Shown here: positions 9,301 to 19,380 of the stretch, piece by piece
Layout: the number at the start of each line of letters is the position of its first letter
How positions within the stretch are numbered: position 1 is the first letter of the stretch
Origin: an uncultured Flavobacteriales bacterium
Lineage (GTDB): Bacteria > Bacteroidota > Bacteroidia > Flavobacteriales_D > Sanyastnellaceae
Direction: 5' to 3'
DNA: 64,000 bases
Assembly (NCBI GenBank): GCA_905478325.1
Contig: CAJQIB010000010.1
Coordinates: forward strand, 3,773-67,772
Program-made: the position numbers and the translations under genes
The notes under the pieces: model-generated
The model's input: only the letters and a program-made list of their open reading frames with translations
Told to the model about the DNA's origin: nothing
The model's database searches: none

Positions 9301-9628
9301 TTTCATTCCATTGATGCTCTGTGGAACGGTCGCTTGACCCCTGCTGAGCAGCCATGCGAATGACCTCATCCCGCAATTCGTTCATGCCGGATTCATTCAT
9401 TTCACCCGTCTCGATGTCGCCGCGCATCAACTTCTGGATTTCCCAAGCACCATCAGGTGTTGTCTCCAGTTTATCCACCGTGCGCGGTGTGTATGAGGAT
9501 GTTCCAGATTCAGAAATTGTGGCGGAATCTGCTGGTGAGAAACACAGCGTCCAGCCCAACAAAGCGAAGGTCGCTACCGCTCCGGCGGCAAAAAACTTGT
9601 TCAATTGCATGGTTACAGTTTTATCCAT
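6380..9628 (-). CDS. large secreted BNR/Asp-box beta-propeller protein with T9SS C-terminal sorting domain
   Basis: 1082 aa. N-terminal signal or anchor. Asp-boxes WKSDNGGNDW, WWSNDGENF, YKSTDGGDSY and FATDNGGDDW. C-terminal VYPNPVTG...GTYIVRM...LLIRR CTD. Confidence 0.8.
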   Translation of the reverse strand: MDKTVTMQLNKFFAAGAVATFALLGWTLCFSPADSATISESGTSSYTPRTVDKLETTPDGAWEIQKLMRGDIETGEMNESGMNELRDEVIRMAAQQGSSDRSTEHQWNEMGPDNIGGRTRAIVAVIPEDGSEETILYAGSVSGGLWKSDNGGNDWNQMFGLDNTVIGSLAITGNGDLYVGSGSIYEGGSGEGGSEFRGRGIWWSNDGENFSMVEGTDPGQFGSGDFSATDALVADPGDDDRVWFGSNAGYGFIENGILTMSPGNISGPVSDMAIAADGSYMLVGMTNCRVYRSTDAAFTDFVLVSGSNNDDTVLPQSGNGRLRVAISIDDANSAFVVFATSGGSFGGLYYSGSAGQEGTWSNVWPAGIAEATPLPRPQGIYDLALGVQQGNPEMAYVGGIELWRSGPNQQAELAAYAFDFAGTDFDVHADIHDIMFTPSGNMYIVGDGGIYKSTDGGDSYIDINRDFSVTQFYGMDHSARSAVLGGTQDNGSLFIPASGYFLSDQEAVEVNGGDGFDCAISQITEVEGYEYAFYAASQNGGLVRGTVGPGAVNNYGNFYDENIAELINEEGEIGQFYSVVRLYENSDDQDAQSAVILVNPYGETVTDSSFTLSTANQNLDFEYTLPEGVELPFYDELIRPERILDYALEADPDYFWMDPQEAIAQLECVTDSLLVGQEDVIVDITPIVDSVYVEAWEEWIYNTVGYDTTYVSVDVYDVSTLCDTLYFHAGDTMTNVPGRLQVVDPYTAITIAGFNGGNGIWMTRDGLNFNTTPSWIRLDDAPAGTGTKAVEFTVNVEPEAGNHMFVSGWDGKLYRFDGMESIYSQEDVPANMGKQIRSVGAAITGVSVDPNNPNHVIISVGGYGAISSGKVQETFNALDDSPSWTNIWNVSNLGSMPCYDVIIDAMDPSGETILVGTEYGVFATDNGGDDWVISNQNMASTSSQITAPVFDLKQQWRGVAPWINPSNQGAIYAATHGRGIFRSDLFLGTGDVSDEAVVEAQVLQVYPNPVTGSTVTVQSEAMRGDFQMQVFDLTGRLAVDQSIRAYMGNPITLDVAGLGNGTYIVRMANGQFQQTSKLLIRR

Positions 9629-9773
9629 TCAGGAATCGAAAGATACAACAAAGGGACTGCTCTCAAAGCATCTGTAGCGACTTGTTGAGCCTGTCATGGT
9701 GGGGCAAGGGCATAAAATTCCTAAAACAATACGCCATCCGCACAATTTCAAGTATCAACAACTGTATGACCGA

Positions 9774-10655
9774 CTAGAATAGATGCTTTTCAGCGTGGTA
9801 GCTGGACCGAACCAAAGGGCCACTTTCGACAAAACGAAATCCCTTTTCAAGACCCACCTCCTTCAGGTGTGCAAACACATCTGGATGAATAAATTCAGAC
9901 ACAGGCAAGTGTTTCGGAGTCGGCTGCAAATATTGCCCCAACGTCAGAACCTGACAGTCTACACTACGGAGATCATCCATGGCCTCGATCACCTCCTCTA
10001 CTGTTTCTCCGAGGCCCAGCATGATACCCGATTTCGTTTTCATGCCCGCTTGACGCAATCGTCTTAAAACCTCAAGGCTTCGGTCATACTTGGCTTGGAT
10101 GCGAACATGCTTCGTTAAACGCCGAACCGTTTCGAGGTTGTGAGAGACAATTTCTGGAGCCACTTCGATGACACGTTCCAGATTTTCCCATTTCCCTGCA
10201 AAATCAGGAATCAGTGTTTCCAGCGTGGTTGTAGGACTCTGGTGCCGAATTGCCCGCACTGTTTGCGCCCATATTTCACTACCACCATCGGGCATATCAT
10301 CCCGATCGACTGACGTGATGACCGCGTGTTTGACGCCCATGAGTTTGACCGACTGTGCCACTCGACCCGGTTCGAAGGTATCTGCTTCCAAAGGCTTGCC
10401 TGTGGAGACATTGCAGAATCCGCAGCTCCGTGTGCAGATATTTCCCAAAATCATAAATGTAGCCGTCCCTGCACCCCAACATTCTCCCATATTGGGACAA
10501 TGTCCGCTCTCACAAATGGTGTGCAACTTATGCTCTGACACAATTTCGCGCACTTTTTTGTACGGCTCACCCGTAGGCAACTTTACCCGCAGCCACTTGG
10601 GCTTAGGAACACGGCCTTTCAAAGCGTTTTCAGAAGAGGATGAAGTAGCAGTCAT
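9774..10655 (-). CDS. lipA: lipoyl synthase
   Basis: Cluster motifs CPNMGECW and CTRSCGFC. The ATG at 10655 is preferred over the ORF-track TTG at 10670 because it removes the overlap with the upstream gene. Confidence 0.93.
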   Translation of the reverse strand: MTATSSSSENALKGRVPKPKWLRVKLPTGEPYKKVREIVSEHKLHTICESGHCPNMGECWGAGTATFMILGNICTRSCGFCNVSTGKPLEADTFEPGRVAQSVKLMGVKHAVITSVDRDDMPDGGSEIWAQTVRAIRHQSPTTTLETLIPDFAGKWENLERVIEVAPEIVSHNLETVRRLTKHVRIQAKYDRSLEVLRRLRQAGMKTKSGIMLGLGETVEEVIEAMDDLRSVDCQVLTLGQYLQPTPKHLPVSEFIHPDVFAHLKEVGLEKGFRFVESGPLVRSSYHAEKHLF

Positions 10656-10657
10656 AA

Positions 10658-11464
10658 TCAGCGGGTCCAATTGCTTCCCAGTTCAAAGGTCGCAAACAAA
10701 GTGACAAATGTTCGGCTATTCTGTTCAAAAGAAGAAGCAAATATTTCGGGATCAAAAAGAAAGGCATCGACGGCCACTCCCGCAGTCAAAGTCCGTTGCA
10801 CATGGCGTTCAGTTCCATACTCAAAATCCAAGGCATAGCTCACATGAAATCCTGGGACCACCGACAATTCATCCAATCCATACATCCACTGTGATTGACC
10901 AAATATGTTGCTCGAAAAATGAATGGAAGGGTCGTATCGCTCAGTCGCGATATAATCATAGGGGATATCGGGGTAACCGATTTCCATGTAAACAGGCTTC
11001 AGCAAACCCAAAGTCATACCATAACGCCACAAACTGCTCACTCGAACAGCATCTTTGCGAAGCTTTTCGCTGTGCAATTTCTGCCCCCCTCTCCAAACAC
11101 GAAAGAGGTACATTGAATTCACCTTTCCAAACACATAGGCTCGACCATCCTCATATACGGGGTTGGTTATTTTCTCTTCCTTCGGATGCTTAAAAAGCAA
11201 CAAATCTGATCCCCACCAGCGAATCTTAGATGCATTCTGATAGAAGCCACGACGCAGCGTCAACCCTCCACCTTGAGTGAACAGCATCAGCCCGTATTGT
11301 ATCTCATCTGTAAGTGGAACGACCGCTGCTCCGTCCGCTCCATAGACAGCGGCGTCTCCTGTAGCAACTGGAGCCACATCTTCTTGAGACCAAATTTGAG
11401 CAACCCAAACACAACTCACCCAGGTAAGGCAGATCGAAAGCGTTAGGTTAATAAAAATGCGCAT
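10658..11464 (-). CDS. hypothetical secreted/outer-membrane protein
   Basis: 268 aa, N-terminal signal peptide, aromatic-rich beta-strand-like sequence. I recognise no family motif. Confidence 0.55.
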   Translation of the reverse strand: MRIFINLTLSICLTWVSCVWVAQIWSQEDVAPVATGDAAVYGADGAAVVPLTDEIQYGLMLFTQGGGLTLRRGFYQNASKIRWWGSDLLLFKHPKEEKITNPVYEDGRAYVFGKVNSMYLFRVWRGGQKLHSEKLRKDAVRVSSLWRYGMTLGLLKPVYMEIGYPDIPYDYIATERYDPSIHFSSNIFGQSQWMYGLDELSVVPGFHVSYALDFEYGTERHVQRTLTAGVAVDAFLFDPEIFASSFEQNSRTFVTLFATFELGSNWTR

Positions 11465-11471
11465 ACGCGTG

Positions 11472-11479
11472 CAAAGTTA
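11472..11479 (-). promoter_or_regulatory. -7 box (TAACTTTG) 7 nt upstream of the 10658-11464 gene
   Basis: Minus strand reads TAACTTTG-CACGCGT-ATG. Confidence 0.4.
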
Positions 11480-11539
11480 GTTCGGAAGAAGCTCGAAGCA
11501 TTGCACCTTTGCAACTCTTCACTTCAATCACTCTTTGCG

Positions 11540-11983
11540 ATGGACCAAACGACTCCACAGTATCGGCTCACCTATCACGAACCTCTTCGAACAAACATGA
11601 CGCATCTTGCATCTGGTCAAGATGTGATCACGGATGCTCCAATTGACAACCAAGGTCTCGGACAAGCATTCTCCCCTACCGACCTCGTTTCAGCCGCACT
11701 CGCGAGCTGCATCATGACCATTATGGGCATCAAAGCCAAAGACATGGGGCACCAGATTGAGAGCATGACTGCCGCAGTCACAAAGACCATGGCGTCAAAC
11801 CCTAGAAGAATTGATTGCATCGACATCTCCCTGGAAATATCGATCCCGGGAGTCACAGAGAAGCAGCGAGAAATTTTAGAACGCACCACCCGTGCATGTC
11901 CGGTCGCCCGGTCACTGCACGGTGACGTCACCAAAAACGTATCGTTTGATTGGAGTTATTCGCAGACCTCCACTTCTGAATAA
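11540..11983 (+). CDS. OsmC/Ohr-family protein
   Basis: About 148 aa from ATG 11540. FSPTDLVSAALASC and TRACPV motifs carry the two conserved Cys of OsmC-like proteins. Confidence 0.8.
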   Translation: MDQTTPQYRLTYHEPLRTNMTHLASGQDVITDAPIDNQGLGQAFSPTDLVSAALASCIMTIMGIKAKDMGHQIESMTAAVTKTMASNPRRIDCIDISLEISIPGVTEKQREILERTTRACPVARSLHGDVTKNVSFDWSYSQTSTSE

Positions 11984-12135
11984 GCAGCACAAGCCTGATA
12001 GCTAGTCGCACACGACGCAAACAACGCCGCTGCTAAGCAAAGTCCCAAAGTCCATTGTAAAAACCGTGACATGATGCGGTTATTTAAAGATTAGTATTTC
12101 ACAAACGAAATATCCTTTCCCAAGGTTACGTTTCG

Positions 12136-13524
12136 ATGTACCTTCCTCACATGGCGAATCCACAACTTATCACCATTCTATTCTTTATAGTGACCTTCAT
12201 GTGCGCCGCGATCCTGGTCGTACTCTGGGTTTCAGCGCGGCGTAACAAACCCACCAACAGAGAATCAGAGGGTATTGATTTAGAAGCTTTTACACGTCTG
12301 CGTGTTGAACGCGATGAACGCACCGAAACGTGTGAACGACTGCGCAATGAGTTGGAAGCTTCCCGAACAGCCTTGCAAAAAACCATTGAAGAGAAGGGGA
12401 AAGCTGAACAAAAGGCCTCCGATTTGGAATCCGGCCAAGCAGAACGCGAAGTCCGCATGCGGAAAGAGTTTGACCTACTCGCACGCAACATCATGGAAGA
12501 AAATGCCGACCGCCATCAAAAAGAATTGGCCAATAACGGTAAAAAAACATTGGAGGATGTTCTCAATCCCATGAAAGAGCGCTTTTCTGAACTGCAAAAG
12601 CAGATGAAGGAATTTTATGGCAGTGAGCGCGAGCAACTCGGACAATTGGACAAGGAATTGGAGAAGCTCTTCAAGTTGAACCAATCCTTGCAAACCGATG
12701 CTCAAAATTTAACGTCAGCACTGAAAGGAGATAGCAAAGTGCAGGGAGACTGGGGAGAATATCAATTGGAACGAATTCTCGAACAAGTAGGACTGAATGA
12801 AGGAACGCATTTTTCAAAACAGTCAACGGTCAAGAACGAAGATGGTAGATCGCTCCGACCTGACTTCTTAATTCACCTTCCAGACGAGAAGGTCCTGGTG
12901 ATTGACAGCAAAGTGAGCCTTACAGCGTACGAGCGTTTGACCCATGCGGAGAGCGATGAAGAACAGAAGCTTCAAACCAAACTACACGTTCAAAGCATTC
13001 AAAAGCACATCCGAGAATTGGGAGCAAAAAACTATGCTCAACTTTACGGCAAGAGCACGGATTATGCATTGATGTTTGTCCCGGTCGAAGCCGCATGGAT
13101 GGCACTCGGTAAAGCCCTTCCTGAACTTCAAGAAGAAGGCCTCCGTAAAAACGTCTTGGTGGTATCAACGAGCACCTTGATTGCAACGCTCCGTACCATC
13201 AGCTATGTATGGCAGCAAGAAGAGCAAAAGGCCAATATCCAACGCATAGCAGAACGAGGAGGCAAGCTATACGATCAGCTCAATCGTTTCGTTGGGTCCC
13301 TGCTGGATGTCGGCAAGAAACTCGGCCAGGCCAACGCCAGTTATGACGAAGCCTTGAAACGATTGAAAACGGGAAAAGGCAGCGCCATTCGACAAGCAGA
13401 AATGATGCGCGAATTGGGAGTCCCCGTGAAAACGACCATGCCGGAGGAATTACTTGATCATTCCGACACGTGGGGAACTGCAGCGGAGATTTCACCCTCG
13501 GACGAAGCAGAAGCGAAAGCATGA
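12136..13524 (+). CDS. rmuC: DNA recombination protein RmuC
   Basis: N-terminal TM helix, long coiled coil, C-terminal RmuC nuclease-like block (GDWGEYQLERIL, RPDFLIHLP, VIDSKVSL, MFVP). Confidence 0.88.
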   Translation: MYLPHMANPQLITILFFIVTFMCAAILVVLWVSARRNKPTNRESEGIDLEAFTRLRVERDERTETCERLRNELEASRTALQKTIEEKGKAEQKASDLESGQAEREVRMRKEFDLLARNIMEENADRHQKELANNGKKTLEDVLNPMKERFSELQKQMKEFYGSEREQLGQLDKELEKLFKLNQSLQTDAQNLTSALKGDSKVQGDWGEYQLERILEQVGLNEGTHFSKQSTVKNEDGRSLRPDFLIHLPDEKVLVIDSKVSLTAYERLTHAESDEEQKLQTKLHVQSIQKHIRELGAKNYAQLYGKSTDYALMFVPVEAAWMALGKALPELQEEGLRKNVLVVSTSTLIATLRTISYVWQQEEQKANIQRIAERGGKLYDQLNRFVGSLLDVGKKLGQANASYDEALKRLKTGKGSAIRQAEMMRELGVPVKTTMPEELLDHSDTWGTAAEISPSDEAEAKA

Positions 13525-14768
13525 TCCGGAGAAGTCCCTACAATTGGATTCCGATGGCGTTTGGTTTTTCCATCTTGATGGCTTCATCGGGCTGTATAAC
13601 CACCACGCAGACACTTTCAGCCAATACCAATCGTCCTTACGATTACGAATCAAGCTTGCTGCATCCGCGAGCGGTGATCGTACCGTTTGATCAAGATTCT
13701 GCCGATGTCTACCTCGAAGTCAGACGATCCGAATGTCTTTATTTGCGAGAATCTCCGCAATCACCATTCGTCTCAGCGCTTGTTTGGCAGCTCGGAAACG
13801 CCTCCTTCCAGTGGAATGACACGTTGGTTTCGTTTGCCCCTGAATGGGACCGCCGGTCAGTGCGCCTCGCATGGGACGATCTGTTTCTCGAAAACGAATC
13901 GACGAACCAAATCAAAACAGTACTCCAGGATATCCTGAGAAAAACAAGTGCCACATGGAATGTCTCCGTGTCGGACCCTCAAAGCAATCGTGCTGCATTC
14001 AACACCGATCGGTGGCCTTATAGTGGTCAGCATGCCGTTGTTGGTGATACCGTGTTATTTCAAGCCCCAGCAGGTTCCCTGTGGCGCCATGCCAGTATTC
14101 CAGTGCCCGAATCGATGCCCGCTCCGCCGTTCTCTTTTGTCAAGGACCGTTCAGACACACTTCAACCCATTCTGCGTTCATCGGTTCTAGCCAACGAACA
14201 GGGTTGGGCTTCCTATGTCGTGGATGAAGGCATCAATGTAATCCTCGACGCCGTTGACACCCGAAACATCGTGCAGCGCACGCACGGCACAAAACTGCCT
14301 TACGACCAAGTCCGGGATCTGCGCTTGATGATCCAATCAAGTCGCTACATCACGGCACGCTCTGAATTTGAGCAAATGAAAGGAAGTGCCGATCCCAAGG
14401 CGGCCCTGGATGCCTTCTGGCTAAACTGTGCCAATGAAAAAGATCTAGGCTCCCAGCTGATTGCCACCTATTATGGACGTGTCGAGGAAGCCAATCGGTT
14501 TTTTAGCGGAGTATTGCCTGGATGGAGAACGGACCGAGGAATGGTCCACATTGTCTTCGGCATTCCACAGAAAATCCGAAAATCCAGGGACAGCGAATGG
14601 TGGATTTATGGTGAAGAGGGATCGATTAACGCTGTGACTTTTCGATTTCTTAGAAAGGACCACCCATGGGACAACAACTTTTATACACTTGGCCGAAACA
14701 TCCAATACCGCATGCCTTGGGACCGAATGGTGACCAATTGGCGCAACGGGCGCATTTCGCCTGACTGA
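13521..14768 (+). CDS. GWxTD domain-containing protein
   Basis: GWRTDRGMVHIVFGIP motif. Signal/lipoprotein-like N-terminus (ILMASSGC). ATG 13521 overlaps the rmuC stop as ATGA. Confidence 0.75.
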   Translation: MIRRSPYNWIPMAFGFSILMASSGCITTTQTLSANTNRPYDYESSLLHPRAVIVPFDQDSADVYLEVRRSECLYLRESPQSPFVSALVWQLGNASFQWNDTLVSFAPEWDRRSVRLAWDDLFLENESTNQIKTVLQDILRKTSATWNVSVSDPQSNRAAFNTDRWPYSGQHAVVGDTVLFQAPAGSLWRHASIPVPESMPAPPFSFVKDRSDTLQPILRSSVLANEQGWASYVVDEGINVILDAVDTRNIVQRTHGTKLPYDQVRDLRLMIQSSRYITARSEFEQMKGSADPKAALDAFWLNCANEKDLGSQLIATYYGRVEEANRFFSGVLPGWRTDRGMVHIVFGIPQKIRKSRDSEWWIYGEEGSINAVTFRFLRKDHPWDNNFYTLGRNIQYRMPWDRMVTNWRNGRISPD

Positions 14769-14786
14769 TGTTGCTTATTCAAGGGG

Positions 14787-14794
14787 TACCTTTG
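14787..14794 (+). promoter_or_regulatory. -7 box (TACCTTTG) upstream of rlmB
   Basis: Perfect TAnnTTTG about 48 nt upstream of ATG 14843; no well-spaced -33 TTG. Confidence 0.35.
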
Positions 14795-14842
14795 ACTCGC
14801 AATTGTGTGATTTTCATTGTGTGAATTCCTTAGAACGGCCCC

Positions 14843-15751
14843 ATGTCAAACGATTTTCCTTCCGGCCCCTCTGACTCAAGAGACAGACCTTCCTTTTCTT
14901 CTGCCGATGGCGGACGTCCTCATGAGAAGCGGCATGGAGAATACCGCAGTCCCGCGAAGCCACGCGGCAATGACGGCCACTCGTTTCGAAAGCGAGCGCC
15001 CGAATCAGCATCACTGATCATTGGATGGCACCCTGTACTCGAAGCTTTGGATGCCGGCAAAGAGCTGCAACGCGTCCTGATTCAAAGGGATGAAAAAAGC
15101 GAGCGCACAGGAGCCTTGCTCCAACAATTGCGGGATTTGGACATTCCTGTACAGCGGGTTCCCCGAGAAAAACTCGATCGGATTACCCAAAAGAACCACC
15201 AAGGATTGGTCGCTTTTCTATCACCCATTGTATTTCAGCCATTGGAGGAACTGATTTCCCGGGCTTATGAAGCCGGTGAATCTCCACTCTTCGTTGCAGT
15301 TGACGGTGTAACGGATGTGCGGAATTTAGGAGCAATCGCGCGAAGTGCGGAATGTTTTGGCGCAACCGCATTGATCATACCTGCTGCTGGAGTCGCTCCG
15401 ATTCAAGAAGATGCGATCAAATCCTCTTCAGGAGCATTGCTGCGATTGCCCGTTTCGAGGGCGGCTCACCTCCCAACCGCATTGCAAACACTGATGGCCA
15501 ATGGCATCCGTTTGGTCGCTCTCTCGGAGAAGGCTGCAGAGCCGATTCATGAGGCTGAATTGCCCCTTCCAATGTGTTTGGTATTGGGAGATGAGGAGCA
15601 GGGGATTTCATCCGAAGTCTTCCACAAGTGCGAGATGCAGGTCCAATTGCCCATGGTAGGAAAGACTGGAAGCTTGAATGTTTCGGTTGCCGCAGGCATC
15701 GCTTTATCCCATATTGCCTTGTGGAAACTCCGTCAAGAGGCCGGTAACTAG
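14843..15751 (+). CDS. rlmB: 23S rRNA (guanosine-2'-O)-methyltransferase, SpoU/TrmH family, with basic low-complexity N-terminal extension
   Basis: The SpoU_sub_bind-like segment (IIGWHPVLEAL) and TrmH motifs (VTDVRNLGAIARSAECFG, LVLGDEEQGIS, GSLNVSVAAGI) follow about 60 aa of disordered sequence. Confidence 0.82.
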   Translation: MSNDFPSGPSDSRDRPSFSSADGGRPHEKRHGEYRSPAKPRGNDGHSFRKRAPESASLIIGWHPVLEALDAGKELQRVLIQRDEKSERTGALLQQLRDLDIPVQRVPREKLDRITQKNHQGLVAFLSPIVFQPLEELISRAYEAGESPLFVAVDGVTDVRNLGAIARSAECFGATALIIPAAGVAPIQEDAIKSSSGALLRLPVSRAAHLPTALQTLMANGIRLVALSEKAAEPIHEAELPLPMCLVLGDEEQGISSEVFHKCEMQVQLPMVGKTGSLNVSVAAGIALSHIALWKLRQEAGN

Positions 15752-15811
15752 TCTCTTCAAAGCGCATAATATTGTTGGAGGTGGAAATGTCTTCACCCAT
15801 TCACAGTTGAT

Positions 15812-17902
15812 TTGGCTTTGAAAAATCCAATCTCCCCTCCTAGCGCCTCGACCGCTGCAGCTACGCGCTCTTTGCTCTCCTTTGCCTTGATTGGTATGGG
15901 AATTCTCATTTTGCTACCGTCGTGCAATTCTCGCCACTACTGGAAAGCGATGAAGGCGTACGATGACGCGCGGTATCAAGATGCCACAAAATCGTTGCAA
16001 CAAGCCGTTATCCAATGGCCCAATGATTCCATGGCTTGGAGAATGCTGGGACAAACGCAGCTTTTTACGGCCGATTTTGAAGGAGCCGAAAAAACATTTG
16101 AGGAGCTAGATCATCGCGCAATGGTCTCGAAACAAGACCGATTGGATTGGGCAACAGCTCTGATGAATCAAGGGAAATATGGCGCATCAGCCACCATCCT
16201 TGAACCCCTGATGGTAGCGACCCAACCGGATGTCTATGCATCGGTTTTATGGGAGAAATGTGAAGAACAGCTGTTCATCGAAAGTGACCATCGTTTCTGG
16301 GGGGTGCAGTCATTTGACATCCCGGAAATCCCTGTCGCTTCTTCGCCTCGAATCAGCGAAGGCCGGGTTTATTTCTCAAGTGAACCCTACCAGTGGGGTG
16401 AAGCCGCACCACTGGCACGTATGGATCAGCAGGAGATGTACGTATTGGATTTAGCCGCACGGGACCGTCGCGTGATGCGCACTTCCCAATATTCGTCTTG
16501 GGATGTCCCCAAACACGATGGTCTTGTCAGCCTTTCTCCTGACGGCAGAGCAATCGCTTTCTCTCGCAAATCAAAAGATGGCTTGGCATGGTTCGGTGAC
16601 CCCATGACCGGAGGCTACCAGCTGCTCGTTGCGCAGCGAACGGCTACAGGTGACTGGACCAATCCAACCCCGTTTCCTTTTGTCGAAAAAGGATACACCT
16701 TTGTTCATCCAACATGGTCTCCAGACGGGAGTCGCTTGTATTTCGCCACAGACCTCCCCTCTCCAGAGTCACAAGGAGGAATCGACTTGTGGTATTCCGA
16801 TCGAAACGGCACCTTTTGGGAAGAACCGATCAATTTGGGGCCGACAGTCAACACGACGGGAGATGAAGTTTTCCCTTCATTTGACGCAGAGGGGAAACTC
16901 TACTTTTCGTCCAACGGACATCCAAGCCTTGGAGGACTCGACATCTATTCCACGGAACGCATTCCGACCAACTCCGAATCGCAAAGAAATTGGCGCGACG
17001 GGGATGAGTGGACTGCCCCGCAGCGCATGCCATTTCCTGTGAACACGCTATCTGATGACCATTCATTTGCTCTCGCTCCCGATGGACAAACTGGTTTCAT
17101 TAGCTCTGATCGCTCGGGCATTGACAAAATCTATCAAATCAAATTGCTGGAGAATTGGAAGACCTATGAATTCACCACCCTCTCTTCGAAATCGAATCAC
17201 ATTGTTCCGCGTGTTCCAATGGTGCTCATCGATGAACAAAATGCTTCGGCCATCCAATTTACCAGCGACCTCAACGGCTTGGCTTCTATAGCGCTCCCGC
17301 CTCATCGCAATTACCGATTGGAGATGAAGATACCGGGGTACATCGTACAACACCGAGACATTGCTGTGGATGACCTCCAGGGTCAAACCACCTTGGAACT
17401 GACACCGGTAACTGCTTTGAGAGATTACAATTTTATTGAATCCATGGCAGGTGGACAGCCCTTTGAATTGGCCTTGCAACATGGACCGATGGCTACAAAG
17501 CTCAACAACCGGGAGCGCGATGAGCTGCTCATTTTGGTTGATTTCCTTCGCATGAATCCACAGATGCTTCTCGAAATTCGAACGCACGAAGATGCCGCAT
17601 CGTATCAAGATGATCTGGACAATAAAACAGGGCGCGTCACAAAATCACGGGCCATTGAACTCGAGTCCTATTTGCTCAAGCGGGGTGTTTCGTCGAAACA
17701 ACTTATCGCCATCGGCAAGGGAACGAACGAATTGCGGAACACCTGTGAACCCGGAACGCCGTGTTCGAACATTTGCCATGCTGAAAACCGGAGGACAGAA
17801 TTTAGAATCTACGGATTGCTGCAGCGAATGCCAGGCCAAATTGACCCCATTCCATTCACCAGAACTCAGGATAACACCACGCCAGCGCAACGATTGGATT
17901 AG
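15812..17902 (+). CDS. OmpA-family lipoprotein with TPR and PD40/TolB-like beta-propeller repeats
   Basis: LLPSC lipobox, TPR-like N-terminal part, repeated SPDG/PD40 motifs, C-terminal OmpA-like domain ending NRRTEFRI. TTG start is uncertain. Confidence 0.8.
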   Translation: MALKNPISPPSASTAAATRSLLSFALIGMGILILLPSCNSRHYWKAMKAYDDARYQDATKSLQQAVIQWPNDSMAWRMLGQTQLFTADFEGAEKTFEELDHRAMVSKQDRLDWATALMNQGKYGASATILEPLMVATQPDVYASVLWEKCEEQLFIESDHRFWGVQSFDIPEIPVASSPRISEGRVYFSSEPYQWGEAAPLARMDQQEMYVLDLAARDRRVMRTSQYSSWDVPKHDGLVSLSPDGRAIAFSRKSKDGLAWFGDPMTGGYQLLVAQRTATGDWTNPTPFPFVEKGYTFVHPTWSPDGSRLYFATDLPSPESQGGIDLWYSDRNGTFWEEPINLGPTVNTTGDEVFPSFDAEGKLYFSSNGHPSLGGLDIYSTERIPTNSESQRNWRDGDEWTAPQRMPFPVNTLSDDHSFALAPDGQTGFISSDRSGIDKIYQIKLLENWKTYEFTTLSSKSNHIVPRVPMVLIDEQNASAIQFTSDLNGLASIALPPHRNYRLEMKIPGYIVQHRDIAVDDLQGQTTLELTPVTALRDYNFIESMAGGQPFELALQHGPMATKLNNRERDELLILVDFLRMNPQMLLEIRTHEDAASYQDDLDNKTGRVTKSRAIELESYLLKRGVSSKQLIAIGKGTNELRNTCEPGTPCSNICHAENRRTEFRIYGLLQRMPGQIDPIPFTRTQDNTTPAQRLD

Positions 17903-17940
17903 AGGCTACCTCCTGCCTTTTCATAAAACAACATCCAACA

Positions 17941-17972
17941 AAAAAGCCCGAGCCATTGGCCCGGGCTTTTTT
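17941..17972. terminator. bidirectional intrinsic terminator
   Basis: Stem gcccgagcc/ggcccgggc (1 mismatch), 3-nt loop, T7 run, preceded by an A-run. Confidence 0.8.
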
Positions 17973-17988
17973 TATACCTCCAATTCAA

Positions 17989-19275
<1,287 letters not shown>

Positions 19276-19380
19276 TCAAGTAGTTGACGTTGCCTCGGGG
19301 GAAATCCCTGTGGCACCTCGGCTCATTTCCGAAGCAGCGCTTTCTAGCGGAAGCCTTAAAAGCGGTGCGAAGTTAAGGCA

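Noticed and set aside
19311-19316. TGGCAC in the carA-eno spacer
   Set aside because: It lies on the plus strand while both flanking genes are on the minus strand, and no TTGC follows at the correct spacing.
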